A stretch of 64,000 nucleotides of DNA. Source: a virus. The stretch lies in IMG/VR virus record IMGVR_UViG_3300017792_000017, positions 80,969-144,968 of that record. One strand, given 5' to 3'. Shown here piece after piece: positions 1-9,201 of this stretch. A program made the position numbers and the translations under genes. A model generated the notes under the pieces. The model saw nothing but the letters and a program-made list of their open reading frames with translations. It made no database searches and was not told where the DNA came from. The stretch's first letter is position 1, and every line of letters begins with the position of its first letter.

Positions 1-13
1 CAGTCTTAAAGAA

Positions 14-211
14 ATGTTCAACGGTAACATTCCGTTCTACATGACTCGGTGGTTCACGATACTGATTCAAGTCCCGTATCTGATCATTCTGTGGTTGATC
101 GCACGTGAAGTGCAACCTGATCCTATTTGGATGACAGCGTTCCTTATGGGACTGTTGGGGAATTACTACATCGTCTTCAGAAAGACCTCTAAGGTCTGGA
201 AGCACATGTAA
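14..211 (+). CDS. small membrane protein (hypothetical, possibly 5'-truncated)
   Basis: Two hydrophobic segments; followed by a terminator hairpin. Confidence 0.5.
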   Translation: MFNGNIPFYMTRWFTILIQVPYLIILWLIAREVQPDPIWMTAFLMGLLGNYYIVFRKTSKVWKHM

Positions 212-216
212 AGAAG

Positions 217-246
217 AAAGGCCCCGATTTCTCAGGGCCTTTTTTT
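217..246. terminator. bidirectional intrinsic terminator
   Basis: AAAGGCCC-loop-GGGCCTTTTTTT between convergent genes. Confidence 0.75.
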
Positions 247-922
247 ATCCGTTGAAGCTTACTGGAACTGGTCGGTCGAATTGAATCGAGACGTTTTCAG
301 CAATTACAGGCTGTGCGCTTGCAACTGCGAAACTGTAGTTTTGGAACATACAGTATTCGAGGTACAGACCGGCAAGAGCTTGGCCGAAACCATCTGAACC
401 ACCGCCACGAGTCTTGAATACCATCAGAAGACCAAACGGTACTGCGAACGTTTCTGAGTCAAGGTTCATCTGAATGTATGTGTTCGGGGAATCAGCACCT
501 GCTGAACCGAAACCACCATTGTTCATTGCAGGGCGATAAGCTTGTTGTGAAAGAGCGAACAGAACGTTGCCTTGGTCAGCGAGAAACTTGCTAAGTGAAA
601 TAGCATGTTGTGTCTTACCACGTGTGAAGAATGAACGATTTGAACCTACTTCGAATAGACGTGCTAGACCTGCGTCTGCGCTCATCTGAATGTTATCGGT
701 TAGACCGATAGGCACTAGATCACCAACGCCACCTGAGAGGCCTGTGAAACGTGCTGGACCAGCGAAAAGAGCTGTGGTGTCCGGTGAAGCTGAAAATTGT
801 GAAAAGCGTTCGTAGCCATCCTGGTTAAGCTTCGAGATATACTCGTTCTTCCAGTCCCACCCTAATCCAAACCCCGCTTCTTGTACGGTCGTTAGGCGGT
901 CATTAGTAGCATCTGCTGCCAT
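245..922 (-). CDS. putative tail tube protein
   Basis: Lies downstream of the sheath gene; 225 aa; beta-rich with a tube-like ending (FEVGS...VIAENVSIQFDR). Confidence 0.6.
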   Translation of the reverse strand: MAADATNDRLTTVQEAGFGLGWDWKNEYISKLNQDGYERFSQFSASPDTTALFAGPARFTGLSGGVGDLVPIGLTDNIQMSADAGLARLFEVGSNRSFFTRGKTQHAISLSKFLADQGNVLFALSQQAYRPAMNNGGFGSAGADSPNTYIQMNLDSETFAVPFGLLMVFKTRGGGSDGFGQALAGLYLEYCMFQNYSFAVASAQPVIAENVSIQFDRPVPVSFNG

Positions 923-926
923 ATTT

Positions 927-1685
927 TTAATCCTGAGTTAAGTGAAGTTTTGCCTGAATCTCAGGCTTACGTAAGTCTTTGATCGAGTTCCCCTCGAATC
1001 CTATTTTAGTCAAAAGTTCTTCGTACAAAGGAGGAGTAGGAGCTTGGAAAATTCTAGAAATTGCAGATTTGGAATGACCATATTTATCTGATAGAGCCAT
1101 CAAATTAGTACCATCAATGTAGTCTGAAATCAAAGTGCTTAATTCCACTTCAGACTTTACTACCATGCAATTTTTATTGTATTTTAAGCCGTTTTCTTTA
1201 ATAGTCGTTTTTTGTAATTCCGATTTAGTAATGGACTGTAGATGGGCTTTGTACCATTCTTTATACCCGGGTCTATTCCAAAGAGCTTTTTTCTCTTCCA
1301 CAAATTTTCCCTTTAAGGCATTTGAAATTTTACTACGTACTTCTTGCGGAATTACAGTCATGCCATTCGCCGTAGGGGAAATGTTATACCCAACAGTATC
1401 ATCACATACTTTCAAAGAGTCCATATAAAACTGTTCCCTTTCGAATCTATTTTCAAGGTTCGTTACTTCTAGTATCTCAAAATGAAATACTTCCAATCCG
1501 TGTTTTAAAACCGCAGATTGTAGATGTGCATTAACGTGTTTACCATTTTTAAGAAGTCTTACATGTTTGTTAAGTCTTTCTTTAAAACACTGACTGGATC
1601 CAATATAAATTTTACCGTTTACAGTATTAGTTATTTTGTAGACGCCTGCTGCGTTCAAATCTTGTTCGTTGCAAAGTAGTTTCAT
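927..1685 (-). CDS. GIY-YIG homing endonuclease (free-standing)
   Basis: GVYKITNTVNGKIYIGSS motif, REQFYMD, GYNI; AT-rich; inserted between sheath and tube. Confidence 0.9.
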   Translation of the reverse strand: MKLLCNEQDLNAAGVYKITNTVNGKIYIGSSQCFKERLNKHVRLLKNGKHVNAHLQSAVLKHGLEVFHFEILEVTNLENRFEREQFYMDSLKVCDDTVGYNISPTANGMTVIPQEVRSKISNALKGKFVEEKKALWNRPGYKEWYKAHLQSITKSELQKTTIKENGLKYNKNCMVVKSEVELSTLISDYIDGTNLMALSDKYGHSKSAISRIFQAPTPPLYEELLTKIGFEGNSIKDLRKPEIQAKLHLTQD

Positions 1686-1732
1686 ACTACTATATTACTA
1701 AAATTCCAATCCCAACTCAAGTACCCACAAAC

Positions 1733-1765
1733 AAAAAAGCCCAGATTTCTCCGGGCTTTTTTTAG
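1733..1765. terminator. bidirectional intrinsic terminator
   Basis: AAAAAAGCCC-loop-GGGCTTTTTTTAG. Confidence 0.8.
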
Positions 1766-1779
1766 CTTAATCAACTCGA

Positions 1780-4416
1780 TTAGATAATCAAGAAGAGATT
1801 AATGTAGTTCATTGGATAAACTACGCTGATATTCAGATTGATAATGACCTGATCCTTATTGTTAGGATCTTGAGCCAGACTTGCAATCTTGTAACTTAGC
1901 AGCGGTGAACCGATCTTCGGAAGTTTTTGACCCTTGACCAGTTCTGAAACAGAAATGATCGTTTGACGAAGAGTGTTAAGGCTATCAGGAGTAACGTTCC
2001 ACTTACCAATGAAGCTCTTAAGCTGATCGTGGTATAGGTACGATAAAAAGTCCCAATTCTTAACAACTAATAGTTCACGGAATTCAAGTACTGACACATC
2101 TGTCGTCAGTTCGTGACGAACGAAAGGAATTGAACCTTGCGTTTCTTGTACGAACAGGAATGTACCTGCAGCGGCCATTGTGTTCATCTGTGCTCTCGTA
2201 AAGAAAAAGTTTGAGAACTTCAGATCTGCAACGCCTGCAACACCAACGTTGGTGAAACCTTGTTGTACTGGGAAACCCGCAACCATACCCCCAAGGGCGG
2301 CACATAGGTAGTAGCCAGGCAGATACTTAACAACGCCATCTACGGTAATACCAACTGTATCCGGCTGAACGTGGATCACACGCTTGTCGGTGAAGGTTGT
2401 GCTAGCAGCAGCTACAGCAGTTGCCTTTTGAGCCTTGCTCAGCGTACGACCAACGTAGTAGCTAACAGCAGTTGCAGTACCAGTAGCAGCTACGACTACT
2501 TGTTGGTTATTCAGTACTTGTTGTACTTGTAGTGAACCAACTTGGGTAGGAGTGCCAGTAGCAGCAGTAACAATAACTGAGTCACCAGGAACAACGCCGT
2601 CTGACATGAATGTAGCATTTGAGGCTGTCAGTACGTAGTTACCGTTGATAACAGTAATGGTGTTGTTTCCACCGTTTGCATTAACGAAGCCACTTGAGTA
2701 CGGACCAATGTTTTGGCTCGTAGGAATTGCTGTGTTAACCAGAGCGATACGCCATGCAGCTTCCTGAGGAGTTGACATTTGATCAACGTGAGCTTGGAAT
2801 GCTGAAAGAATATCTACTTCTTGTGTAAGCGGAACTAGTGCGTAAAGACGATGGCCTTCAGCAAGTTCAAGAGCGGTTTCATAACCAATAAGGTCATCGC
2901 TCGGTACTGCGATTACATTGATCTGAGTCGTAGTATTTGCCATGCAAATTACTGAAGCCAGACCAAGCGGGTTTTGATCAGAAGTATCACCAAGGATACC
3001 TTCGATGTCACCAGTTGTCGTAAGAACTTGGATAGCGCCTGAAAGATCTGTACGAAGAGCACGGTAAGCAAAGTGAACTTCACCGCTAACAACACGACCG
3101 TAAATTACGAACGGATTAGGTTCGATTGAGATCTGGCCAGTTGTAGGAGCGTTTGAAGCATCGTAGTTTGATGTACTTGTGCTTGGGTTTACAGCAGGAA
3201 GAAGCTGGTTGTTATAAATCTTGCGAGTCTTAACAGTGAACAGAGCCTTCTTGATTACTACTGCGCCTGCGCCAACTGCTGTACCTACAGCGGGGCTGAT
3301 GGTAAGAACGTTGGTAGCTACGTTTGATACGTTTGCAACTAGGTCTGCACCGTTAGCACCTGCGCCACGGATAAGGATCGTATCACCGATTGCGATACCA
3401 GTTGCGCTTGCTACTGTGACGCTTGTTGCGCCTTGAGTAAGAGCACCAGGAACAGTTGTTTGAACGCTAAGGTCAGCCGGTAGAACGTCTGTAGTGTTCA
3501 GGGTAATCAGAGTTGAAGTCGGATTAACAACAGCGGTTACGGTCGTGCTGAATACCTTCGCTACTGAACTTGTGTTCGTGTAAGCGATATCGATAGCATC
3601 ACCTGGTTCAACTAGAAGAGTTGAAGTTGTTTGGTTAACGTTTGAAAGCGTAGCCTTAGTGATTGCTGCACCAGTTGTAGCAGTACCAGCTTGGGCTGAG
3701 ATTGTGAACGTTGTACCTGAAATGTTGCTGATCGTAGCAACTAGAGCAGCACCTGCTGCGCCTGCACCAGCGATAGAGATAACATCGCCAACTACGAAAC
3801 GAGTAGCGTTAGTAACTGCGGTTACGCTTGCTGAGCCAGCTGAAGTTGTACCTGTGCCGGTAGGCGTAGAGATATCAAGTTGATTTGCGCCTGAATATCC
3901 CAGGAAGCCACTTACAAGGGTTTCGATCTTTGCGTTGTTCAGATATACCTGAACTGAGTCTGGCTCAACTACTTGGCCAGGTTGAGTTGAAGGAAGACCA
4001 AAGGTATTTACAACACCTGAGTTGCTGATAACAGCAGTCTTCGTTACTGTTACGTTGCTTACAGTTGTACCTGCAGCAGTATCTGTCGTGGCAGTAAGGC
4101 CAGACACTGAAAGTACAGTTGCGCTAAGTGTACTACCTGTTGTAGAAGCACCAGGGATAAGTAGAACGTCACCAATAGCGAAAGGAACAGGAGTAGTAAA
4201 AGTAACTACTGCTGAACCAAGGGTCATGCTACCGATTGCGTTTACTGCTGGAACTGCTGCAGTTTGGATAAGGGATGCATTTGAACCTGCTACGTAGCTC
4301 ACTACGTTGTATGCGGGTCCAATTAGGCATACTTCCAGATCAGGAGTAACGTTAGCAACGCCGCCAGAGCTTTGGAGCTGTTGATAAACTAGTACTGATG
4401 GAACGACATATGACAT
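1780..4416 (-). CDS. tail sheath protein with inserted repeated beta domains
   Basis: N-terminal YVVPSVLVYQ; sheath-like C-terminus (RHELTTD, FRELLVVKNWD, VVYPMNYINL); position next to the tube gene. Confidence 0.85.
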   Translation of the reverse strand: MSYVVPSVLVYQQLQSSGGVANVTPDLEVCLIGPAYNVVSYVAGSNASLIQTAAVPAVNAIGSMTLGSAVVTFTTPVPFAIGDVLLIPGASTTGSTLSATVLSVSGLTATTDTAAGTTVSNVTVTKTAVISNSGVVNTFGLPSTQPGQVVEPDSVQVYLNNAKIETLVSGFLGYSGANQLDISTPTGTGTTSAGSASVTAVTNATRFVVGDVISIAGAGAAGAALVATISNISGTTFTISAQAGTATTGAAITKATLSNVNQTTSTLLVEPGDAIDIAYTNTSSVAKVFSTTVTAVVNPTSTLITLNTTDVLPADLSVQTTVPGALTQGATSVTVASATGIAIGDTILIRGAGANGADLVANVSNVATNVLTISPAVGTAVGAGAVVIKKALFTVKTRKIYNNQLLPAVNPSTSTSNYDASNAPTTGQISIEPNPFVIYGRVVSGEVHFAYRALRTDLSGAIQVLTTTGDIEGILGDTSDQNPLGLASVICMANTTTQINVIAVPSDDLIGYETALELAEGHRLYALVPLTQEVDILSAFQAHVDQMSTPQEAAWRIALVNTAIPTSQNIGPYSSGFVNANGGNNTITVINGNYVLTASNATFMSDGVVPGDSVIVTAATGTPTQVGSLQVQQVLNNQQVVVAATGTATAVSYYVGRTLSKAQKATAVAAASTTFTDKRVIHVQPDTVGITVDGVVKYLPGYYLCAALGGMVAGFPVQQGFTNVGVAGVADLKFSNFFFTRAQMNTMAAAGTFLFVQETQGSIPFVRHELTTDVSVLEFRELLVVKNWDFLSYLYHDQLKSFIGKWNVTPDSLNTLRQTIISVSELVKGQKLPKIGSPLLSYKIASLAQDPNNKDQVIINLNISVVYPMNYINLFLII

Positions 4417-4491
4417 ATTTATTTCCTAAAAGGATTTTTTGATACTCGCAGTCACTTGACTACGAGCCGAATTCTTGACACATTATGCTGA

Positions 4492-4498
4492 TATTTTA
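4492..4498 (-). promoter_or_regulatory. late promoter TAAAATA (sheath)
   Basis: Motif recurs upstream of more than 12 structural genes. Confidence 0.65.
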
Positions 4499-4504
4499 GC
4501 AGAA

Positions 4505-5092
4505 TTATTCAGGCTGAAGATTCAAAATGAAGTTCTTGATCTTGATACTGTCGTTCTTAACTGACCAGCGTTCTTCACGCATCCAAGGCACTGCAATTGT
4601 AACTCTGAATTTCTCTTTGCCTTCTGAACTTCCATCGAGGTCACAATTACTAACCGTCATAGGAGAAGCGAAGTCTTTGAAGCCTTGGGTACTACACAGA
4701 TAAGGTCGTGTCCACAGCAAGAAGTGCTGCACCATATCCGTAATAATTTCACAACTACCAAGCTGAGTTGCTTCAATTATGATTTCAGCTTGACCGCTAT
4801 AGAGAATGAAGTTCTCAATATCGTGTAAGCCCATAGTTTGATTCATCGTCTTTGCAGAAGACATATTATCGGTAAGCGAGAACTTACCAACATTATATGC
4901 ACCACGATCAACCAATACTCGGGGACGTTCATTAAATGGAATCTTATGAAGGTTATTCATATAGTCCAGTTCAATCGTCCTCTTCTTTTCGTCTGCGTCC
5001 CAGAAAAACGTTGACTGTTCTGTGTACTGGGAGAAGTAATAGCGAAGAGGTTGCAGGATCAATTCGCTTAAATTAACTGGGCTAAAAATCAT
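4505..5092 (-). CDS. putative tail completion/terminator protein
   Basis: Position between neck genes and sheath; size. Confidence 0.4.
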   Translation of the reverse strand: MIFSPVNLSELILQPLRYYFSQYTEQSTFFWDADEKKRTIELDYMNNLHKIPFNERPRVLVDRGAYNVGKFSLTDNMSSAKTMNQTMGLHDIENFILYSGQAEIIIEATQLGSCEIITDMVQHFLLWTRPYLCSTQGFKDFASPMTVSNCDLDGSSEGKEKFRVTIAVPWMREERWSVKNDSIKIKNFILNLQPE

Positions 5093-5976
5093 GGTAAGTA
5101 CGAATCCAAGTATTGTGACGGAAAGTCTGGAAGATCTCTGGTCACTAGCTGGAACTCGACAGCTCCCTTGCTTAGCTGAGTAAGGGTCAGCATTTGTCTT
5201 ACAACGTTACCCTGTAACTCTGTAGTAGCGATTCTAGTAACTTCATATCCACTCCAATCTCCGCTACGAATTATAACATCACCAAGACGAATATCTGGCA
5301 TGGAAATTGTCCACGCTCCAATTACATTCTCTTCGTCTTGTCCAAGGTAGTTTTTGGTGAGGTTGTTTGGGGTTGGATCGTACTGCAAGAAGATCTTTGC
5401 AGGAGTGAAGTATCCGCCCTCAAAACTAGTACCGATGCAATTAGGGCAATTATCGCGGGTCGTATGCTCATGCACAGGATCCCAGCAAGTCGTACAACGT
5501 TTACCATAGTTTTTGCGCCTAAATAGATAAGAACTAATTCCACCGAACCTTGACAGAAGCCAATACTCACGTCGTTGGATTTCCATGCTGCGGATAGTTA
5601 CCCAGCTTCTTTGGAACGTTTTCCAGGTAGCGGGGTCGGATCTAAGGGCGATACTACCCTTGTCGAGAAGAAGTACTTCAACGACGTAGTATCCATGATT
5701 AAATTTGGACTCTTCTCTGAGGGTGGTGTCGATGAAGTGGTTTCCGACGATTGGGGTTGCGTTGATTTTGACAAAATCTGAATCCTCTATTTGAGAGAAG
5801 TATACATCAAATACACAGTTACCCCAGGAAGCCGGTATGGACCATTCTACAGTCGCCTGCTTGTACCACTGTGGGTAGACCTTGACTTGGATAGCCGAAG
5901 CCCTCCTAGCCGTTGTAAGAGGCAACTGAGCGGTTTGGATTAAGAACCCTGGGGTGACTGAGAAGTTGAATGCCAT
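5089..5976 (-). CDS. putative head-closure/neck protein with Zn-binding CxxC pairs
   Basis: CTTC and CPNCIGTSFEGGY; position in the neck module. Confidence 0.5.
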   Translation of the reverse strand: MAFNFSVTPGFLIQTAQLPLTTARRASAIQVKVYPQWYKQATVEWSIPASWGNCVFDVYFSQIEDSDFVKINATPIVGNHFIDTTLREESKFNHGYYVVEVLLLDKGSIALRSDPATWKTFQRSWVTIRSMEIQRREYWLLSRFGGISSYLFRRKNYGKRCTTCWDPVHEHTTRDNCPNCIGTSFEGGYFTPAKIFLQYDPTPNNLTKNYLGQDEENVIGAWTISMPDIRLGDVIIRSGDWSGYEVTRIATTELQGNVVRQMLTLTQLSKGAVEFQLVTRDLPDFPSQYLDSYLP

Positions 5977-5978
5977 GT

Positions 5979-6242
5979 TTAGGGCGTATTGTTTTTAAAG
6001 TACTCAGCTACTTTACGCGGAGTAGTGAGTTTGTGATGATCACCGGGGTTGATTTTGCCGAATCTACTTTCTATAGCTGCGACCAACTTTTTACCAGCTA
6101 TTGTTGTAGCAGCCTTATTTTCACGGTTCTTAGGGAAGAAGGCATGGTCTGGTTTCATACTTGAATCAAAATGTTTATGAGTTAAATCCATAATGATTTC
6201 AAGATTACCATCGCTAGCGATTTTTTCAAGATATTTGTTCAT
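5979..6242 (-). CDS. NKYLEKIA-tagged basic protein with degenerate acyl-carrier-protein-like fold
   Basis: MNKYLEKIAS start; LVAAIESRFG-I...KLTT...VAEYF resembles ACP helices II-IV. Confidence 0.55.
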   Translation of the reverse strand: MNKYLEKIASDGNLEIIMDLTHKHFDSSMKPDHAFFPKNRENKAATTIAGKKLVAAIESRFGKINPGDHHKLTTPRKVAEYFKNNTP

Positions 6243-6300
6243 GACATTATTTTAAAAGCAAAAGCCTCCCGAAGGAGGCCTTGTTTGGAACTGTGTTTGA

Positions 6301-6744
6301 TTACCAAGTTGGCATGAGTGAGAGGTCGCTTCGTACTTCTCCCCAACCACTTTCCATGTTCAACTGAATCTTTAGCTTTGTAGCTGCTTCGGTGAACTGT
6401 TGCTGAAACCCTGCTGCTAAACTTTGATACAACTGCGAACGTTCTTCGATTGGAATCTGAAGACCGCCGTCGCTGTAGTTCATAGTATTACGAGCTAAAA
6501 GCAACGCTTTACCGAGGTATGCATGCCAAAGAGTTCCCCACAGAAGAACTGATTTAGATGGGAAGTTTTGAATGCCTACTGCACCAATTGGCGGAATCGT
6601 ATTAAACGAATCCACTGCTAGTGTCATAGAGAGTGAAATAAACGTGTCAGTCATTTCCTCACCTTCGATAAGGTAATTGTTGACAGCATAGTCTGACGTA
6701 TACTCTCTTACTTCTTGCGGGGTGAGGATTTGATTAACGGACAT
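6301..6744 (-). CDS. putative head-tail adaptor
   Basis: Helical, 147 aa; RNTMNYSDGG; located in the head-neck module. Confidence 0.5.
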   Translation of the reverse strand: MSVNQILTPQEVREYTSDYAVNNYLIEGEEMTDTFISLSMTLAVDSFNTIPPIGAVGIQNFPSKSVLLWGTLWHAYLGKALLLARNTMNYSDGGLQIPIEERSQLYQSLAAGFQQQFTEAATKLKIQLNMESGWGEVRSDLSLMPTW

Positions 6745-6748
6745 TTAT

Positions 6749-7195
6749 TTACTCTGCTGCAGCCTTACGACCACGCTTAGCCTTCTCTGTTTCTGCTACG
6801 CCATTTGCTTCTTCAGCAGTTTGACCGATCTGTGAAGCTGCTGCTTCTGATACCTTTTCTACTACATCGGTATTCTTGCCAATTGACTCTGAAGTTGCTG
6901 TACTCTTCTTTTCTGGAGTCTTTGAAGCCTTCAGTTCTTCAGCCGTCATACCTTGATAACCTTCGTGCTCTACAACCAGTTCAGGCGCCTTTACTAGATC
7001 GCTGACATCAGGCTCTTCTGAGTGAACTTCTGCCCAACCACGATTTACTGCATCGAGAACATCTTGGTGTTCTAGATCTGATTCAAGAATCTTAACGAAC
7101 GAGCCTTGCTTGATAGAGATATACCCTGCTTTCAGTACAAGACCGGTCGGAAGCTTATTGACCAGATAAAAATTCTTAAAAACTACTTTAGACAT
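6749..7195 (-). CDS. hypothetical virion-module protein
   Basis: ORF in the late operon; acidic, low-complexity C-terminus. Confidence 0.6.
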   Translation of the reverse strand: MSKVVFKNFYLVNKLPTGLVLKAGYISIKQGSFVKILESDLEHQDVLDAVNRGWAEVHSEEPDVSDLVKAPELVVEHEGYQGMTAEELKASKTPEKKSTATSESIGKNTDVVEKVSEAAASQIGQTAEEANGVAETEKAKRGRKAAAE

Positions 7196-7215
7196 TTGCT
7201 AATCCTTTCTTAGAT

Positions 7216-7533
7216 TCAAGTATTGTATTTCTGTCCGTACAGTTTGTCAATTTTTTCCATGATCTTACGATCTTGGTGCTGGAAGTACTTGTGTACTCCA
7301 AACATGCCTGTACCTACAGCTGCTGCTCCACCAACTCCGACCTTTACTCTTGTCTGGAATGTACGGCCAGCTTCTACTTGTGCTTTGCGTTTAGCACGAA
7401 GAGCTGTAAGTCCCGTATCCTCAGCCTCGCGCATTACACGAGCCTTAGTAGCCCATTCCTTTGCGCTCTTCCCCGACACTTGATCGATCATTTTGAGGGT
7501 CTTGGATAGGTATCTGTTAAAACTACCTGCCAT
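7216..7533 (-). CDS. basic protein with Gly-rich hydrophobic segment; tag-like N-terminus (NRYLSK)
   Basis: RBS AAGGA; TAAAATA at 7561-7567. Confidence 0.6.
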   Translation of the reverse strand: MAGSFNRYLSKTLKMIDQVSGKSAKEWATKARVMREAEDTGLTALRAKRKAQVEAGRTFQTRVKVGVGGAAAVGTGMFGVHKYFQHQDRKIMEKIDKLYGQKYNT

Positions 7534-7601
7534 GTTGGTTTCCTTTTAATTTACAAAGAGTATTTTAACAGAGATAGAGAAGTAATACATCAAGCTTCAG
7601 A

Positions 7602-7618
7602 TTGGTATAAGGAGAGTA
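7602..7618 (+). promoter_or_regulatory. early promoter TTGGTATAAG-N5-TR
   Basis: One of 13 copies of the motif. Confidence 0.75.
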
Positions 7619-7716
7619 ATAACAATAGAGGTTTATCGTGTTACTAGAAGAAGAAACTATGACCGAAGCAATTCTGGAGTTCTTGCGGATTTCCGAGCTA
7701 TACCTCTTTGGAGGAT

Positions 7717-7983
7717 ATGATGAAAATAAGTGAGATGACCGATATCGTCAAGAGAGCACCGCTCCCAATACGGATGATGATAGACAGGTGGGGTGAAAAA
7801 GACCCGCTCATCAAAAAGCACGTAGTAGGATTGGACTATGCACTGACTAGCGGAATGAGTGATACTACAATACGCATTCTGATAGAAGACTTCCTCGACT
7901 ATGTCGAAAGAAAGTACTTCATTGACAGAGATAAGACAAGAGCGAAGATCGTGATGTTCCTTGCTGACCACCGTAAAAAATAA
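7717..7983 (+). CDS. hypothetical early protein
   Basis: GGAGG RBS upstream of ATG 7717. Confidence 0.6.
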   Translation: MMKISEMTDIVKRAPLPIRMMIDRWGEKDPLIKKHVVGLDYALTSGMSDTTIRILIEDFLDYVERKYFIDRDKTRAKIVMFLADHRKK

Positions 7984-7995
7984 GGAGAAAATAGT

Positions 7996-8082
7996 ATGGC
8001 TGAAAAGAAACGCTCAGTGGCATTTCCGATCCTGGCTCTGCTGGCGATCATCGCTCTGCTATCACCGAGAGCTAAGAAGTAG
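7996..8082 (+). CDS. 28-aa hydrophobic peptide MAEKKRSVAFPILALLAIIALLSPRAKK
   Basis: Strong RBS TAAGGAG; below the ORF-track cutoff. Confidence 0.6.
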   Translation: MAEKKRSVAFPILALLAIIALLSPRAKK

Positions 8083-8098
8083 TCTTCGGAGAAACAAA

Positions 8099-8236
8099 AT
8101 GGATCAGGCCGATCAAGACGAAATACGGAGAATCGTATTTGGTGAAAATGAGGTACTGTATTCAAAGATCATAGCAGTGGCGGTGGTATCTGTAATTACA
8201 GCAGTGCTGGCCCTCATAGCTCTGAGGCAGCGCTAA
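8099..8236 (+). CDS. 45-aa membrane peptide with C-terminal TM segment
   Basis: GGAG RBS; IIAVAVVSVITAVLALIAL. Confidence 0.55.
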   Translation: MDQADQDEIRRIVFGENEVLYSKIIAVAVVSVITAVLALIALRQR

Positions 8237-8285
8237 AAAACGATGCACAGCCCAGCTAGTAACTGGGCTCTACCAAGGGGATTTC

Positions 8286-8609
8286 ATGGCACCGCTGCTG
8301 TACACTATGTACGCTGTATCTGTTCTACTGACTGCGTACGTTCTTATAAAAGTAGCTCCGTGGAAGAAACTCTCGTTAGAAAAAATTATACCGAGAGTTG
8401 TATTCGTGGTACTCGTATCATTAATACCAGTAATAAATGTGTGTTTCATAAGTTTCATCCCGTTAGTCAGGGAAGTAGATCGTGCAGTGAAGCGAGAGAA
8501 CTTCAAAACGGAAGACGAAGAGCTTGAATTCGTTAGAATCTACATTACGACGAAAGTCTCTAAACGGGTATTGGCTTTCTGCAGAAGAGTAGGTCTCAAA
8601 AGAGACTAG
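8286..8609 (+). CDS. two-TM membrane protein
   Basis: RBS AAGGGG; two hydrophobic segments. Confidence 0.6.
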   Translation: MAPLLYTMYAVSVLLTAYVLIKVAPWKKLSLEKIIPRVVFVVLVSLIPVINVCFISFIPLVREVDRAVKRENFKTEDEELEFVRIYITTKVSKRVLAFCRRVGLKRD

Positions 8610-8661
8610 AGCGTAATCCCGGTCAGTACGACGGGCTTTTTTTAAATTCCCTAAGCGTGAA

Positions 8662-8678
8662 GTGGTATAAGAATATTA
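8662..8678 (+). promoter_or_regulatory. early promoter (GTGGTATAAG-N5-TA)
   Basis: Motif copy upstream of the gene at 8716. Confidence 0.7.
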
Positions 8679-8715
8679 GAAGTAAACATTATAATTTTAC
8701 TAAGGAGTTTGACCA

Positions 8716-9075
8716 ATGAAGACGCTCAACGGCATTACCTACGTCCAGCTTAAGACACTCACGACTGCAGAACTCAATGCACTTTGCGCGGCGTATGCTG
8801 CAAGCCAAGTTTTCATAGCTATGGAGTCTAGTGGCTTTGCTGACGAAGGTGAAAGAGATTTTGCAGACAAGTTCATGCAAATTTTCACTCGTCGTGCAGA
8901 AGAGATGTTCAATGAAAAAGTCACCGACAAAATATATTCGATGATGAGAATTCTCTACGACACGGAAGAGAAGTTCGACATGGCATCTGAAATGACAACT
9001 GAAATGGGTAACATCGCAATGATGACTCAGAAGATGATGAAGCAGATTCATCAAGATGTTCTAGCGATGCGCTAA
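8716..9075 (+). CDS. hypothetical early protein
   Basis: RBS TAAGGAG, own promoter and terminator. Confidence 0.7.
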   Translation: MKTLNGITYVQLKTLTTAELNALCAAYAASQVFIAMESSGFADEGERDFADKFMQIFTRRAEEMFNEKVTDKIYSMMRILYDTEEKFDMASEMTTEMGNIAMMTQKMMKQIHQDVLAMR

Positions 9076-9077
9076 AG

Positions 9078-9111
9078 AAAAAAGCCCAGCTAACAACTGG
9101 GCTTTTTTTAG
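9078..9111. terminator. bidirectional terminator
   Basis: AAAAAAGCCCAG-loop-CTGGGCTTTTTTTAG. Confidence 0.8.
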
Positions 9112-9201
9112 ACTTTCAGAAATAAGAAAAGCCAGGATTTTACCCCGGCTTGTCTTTAGATGGGATCACCTCCTCTCGGAAGTTCTAACCACGCTGAGTG
9201 A

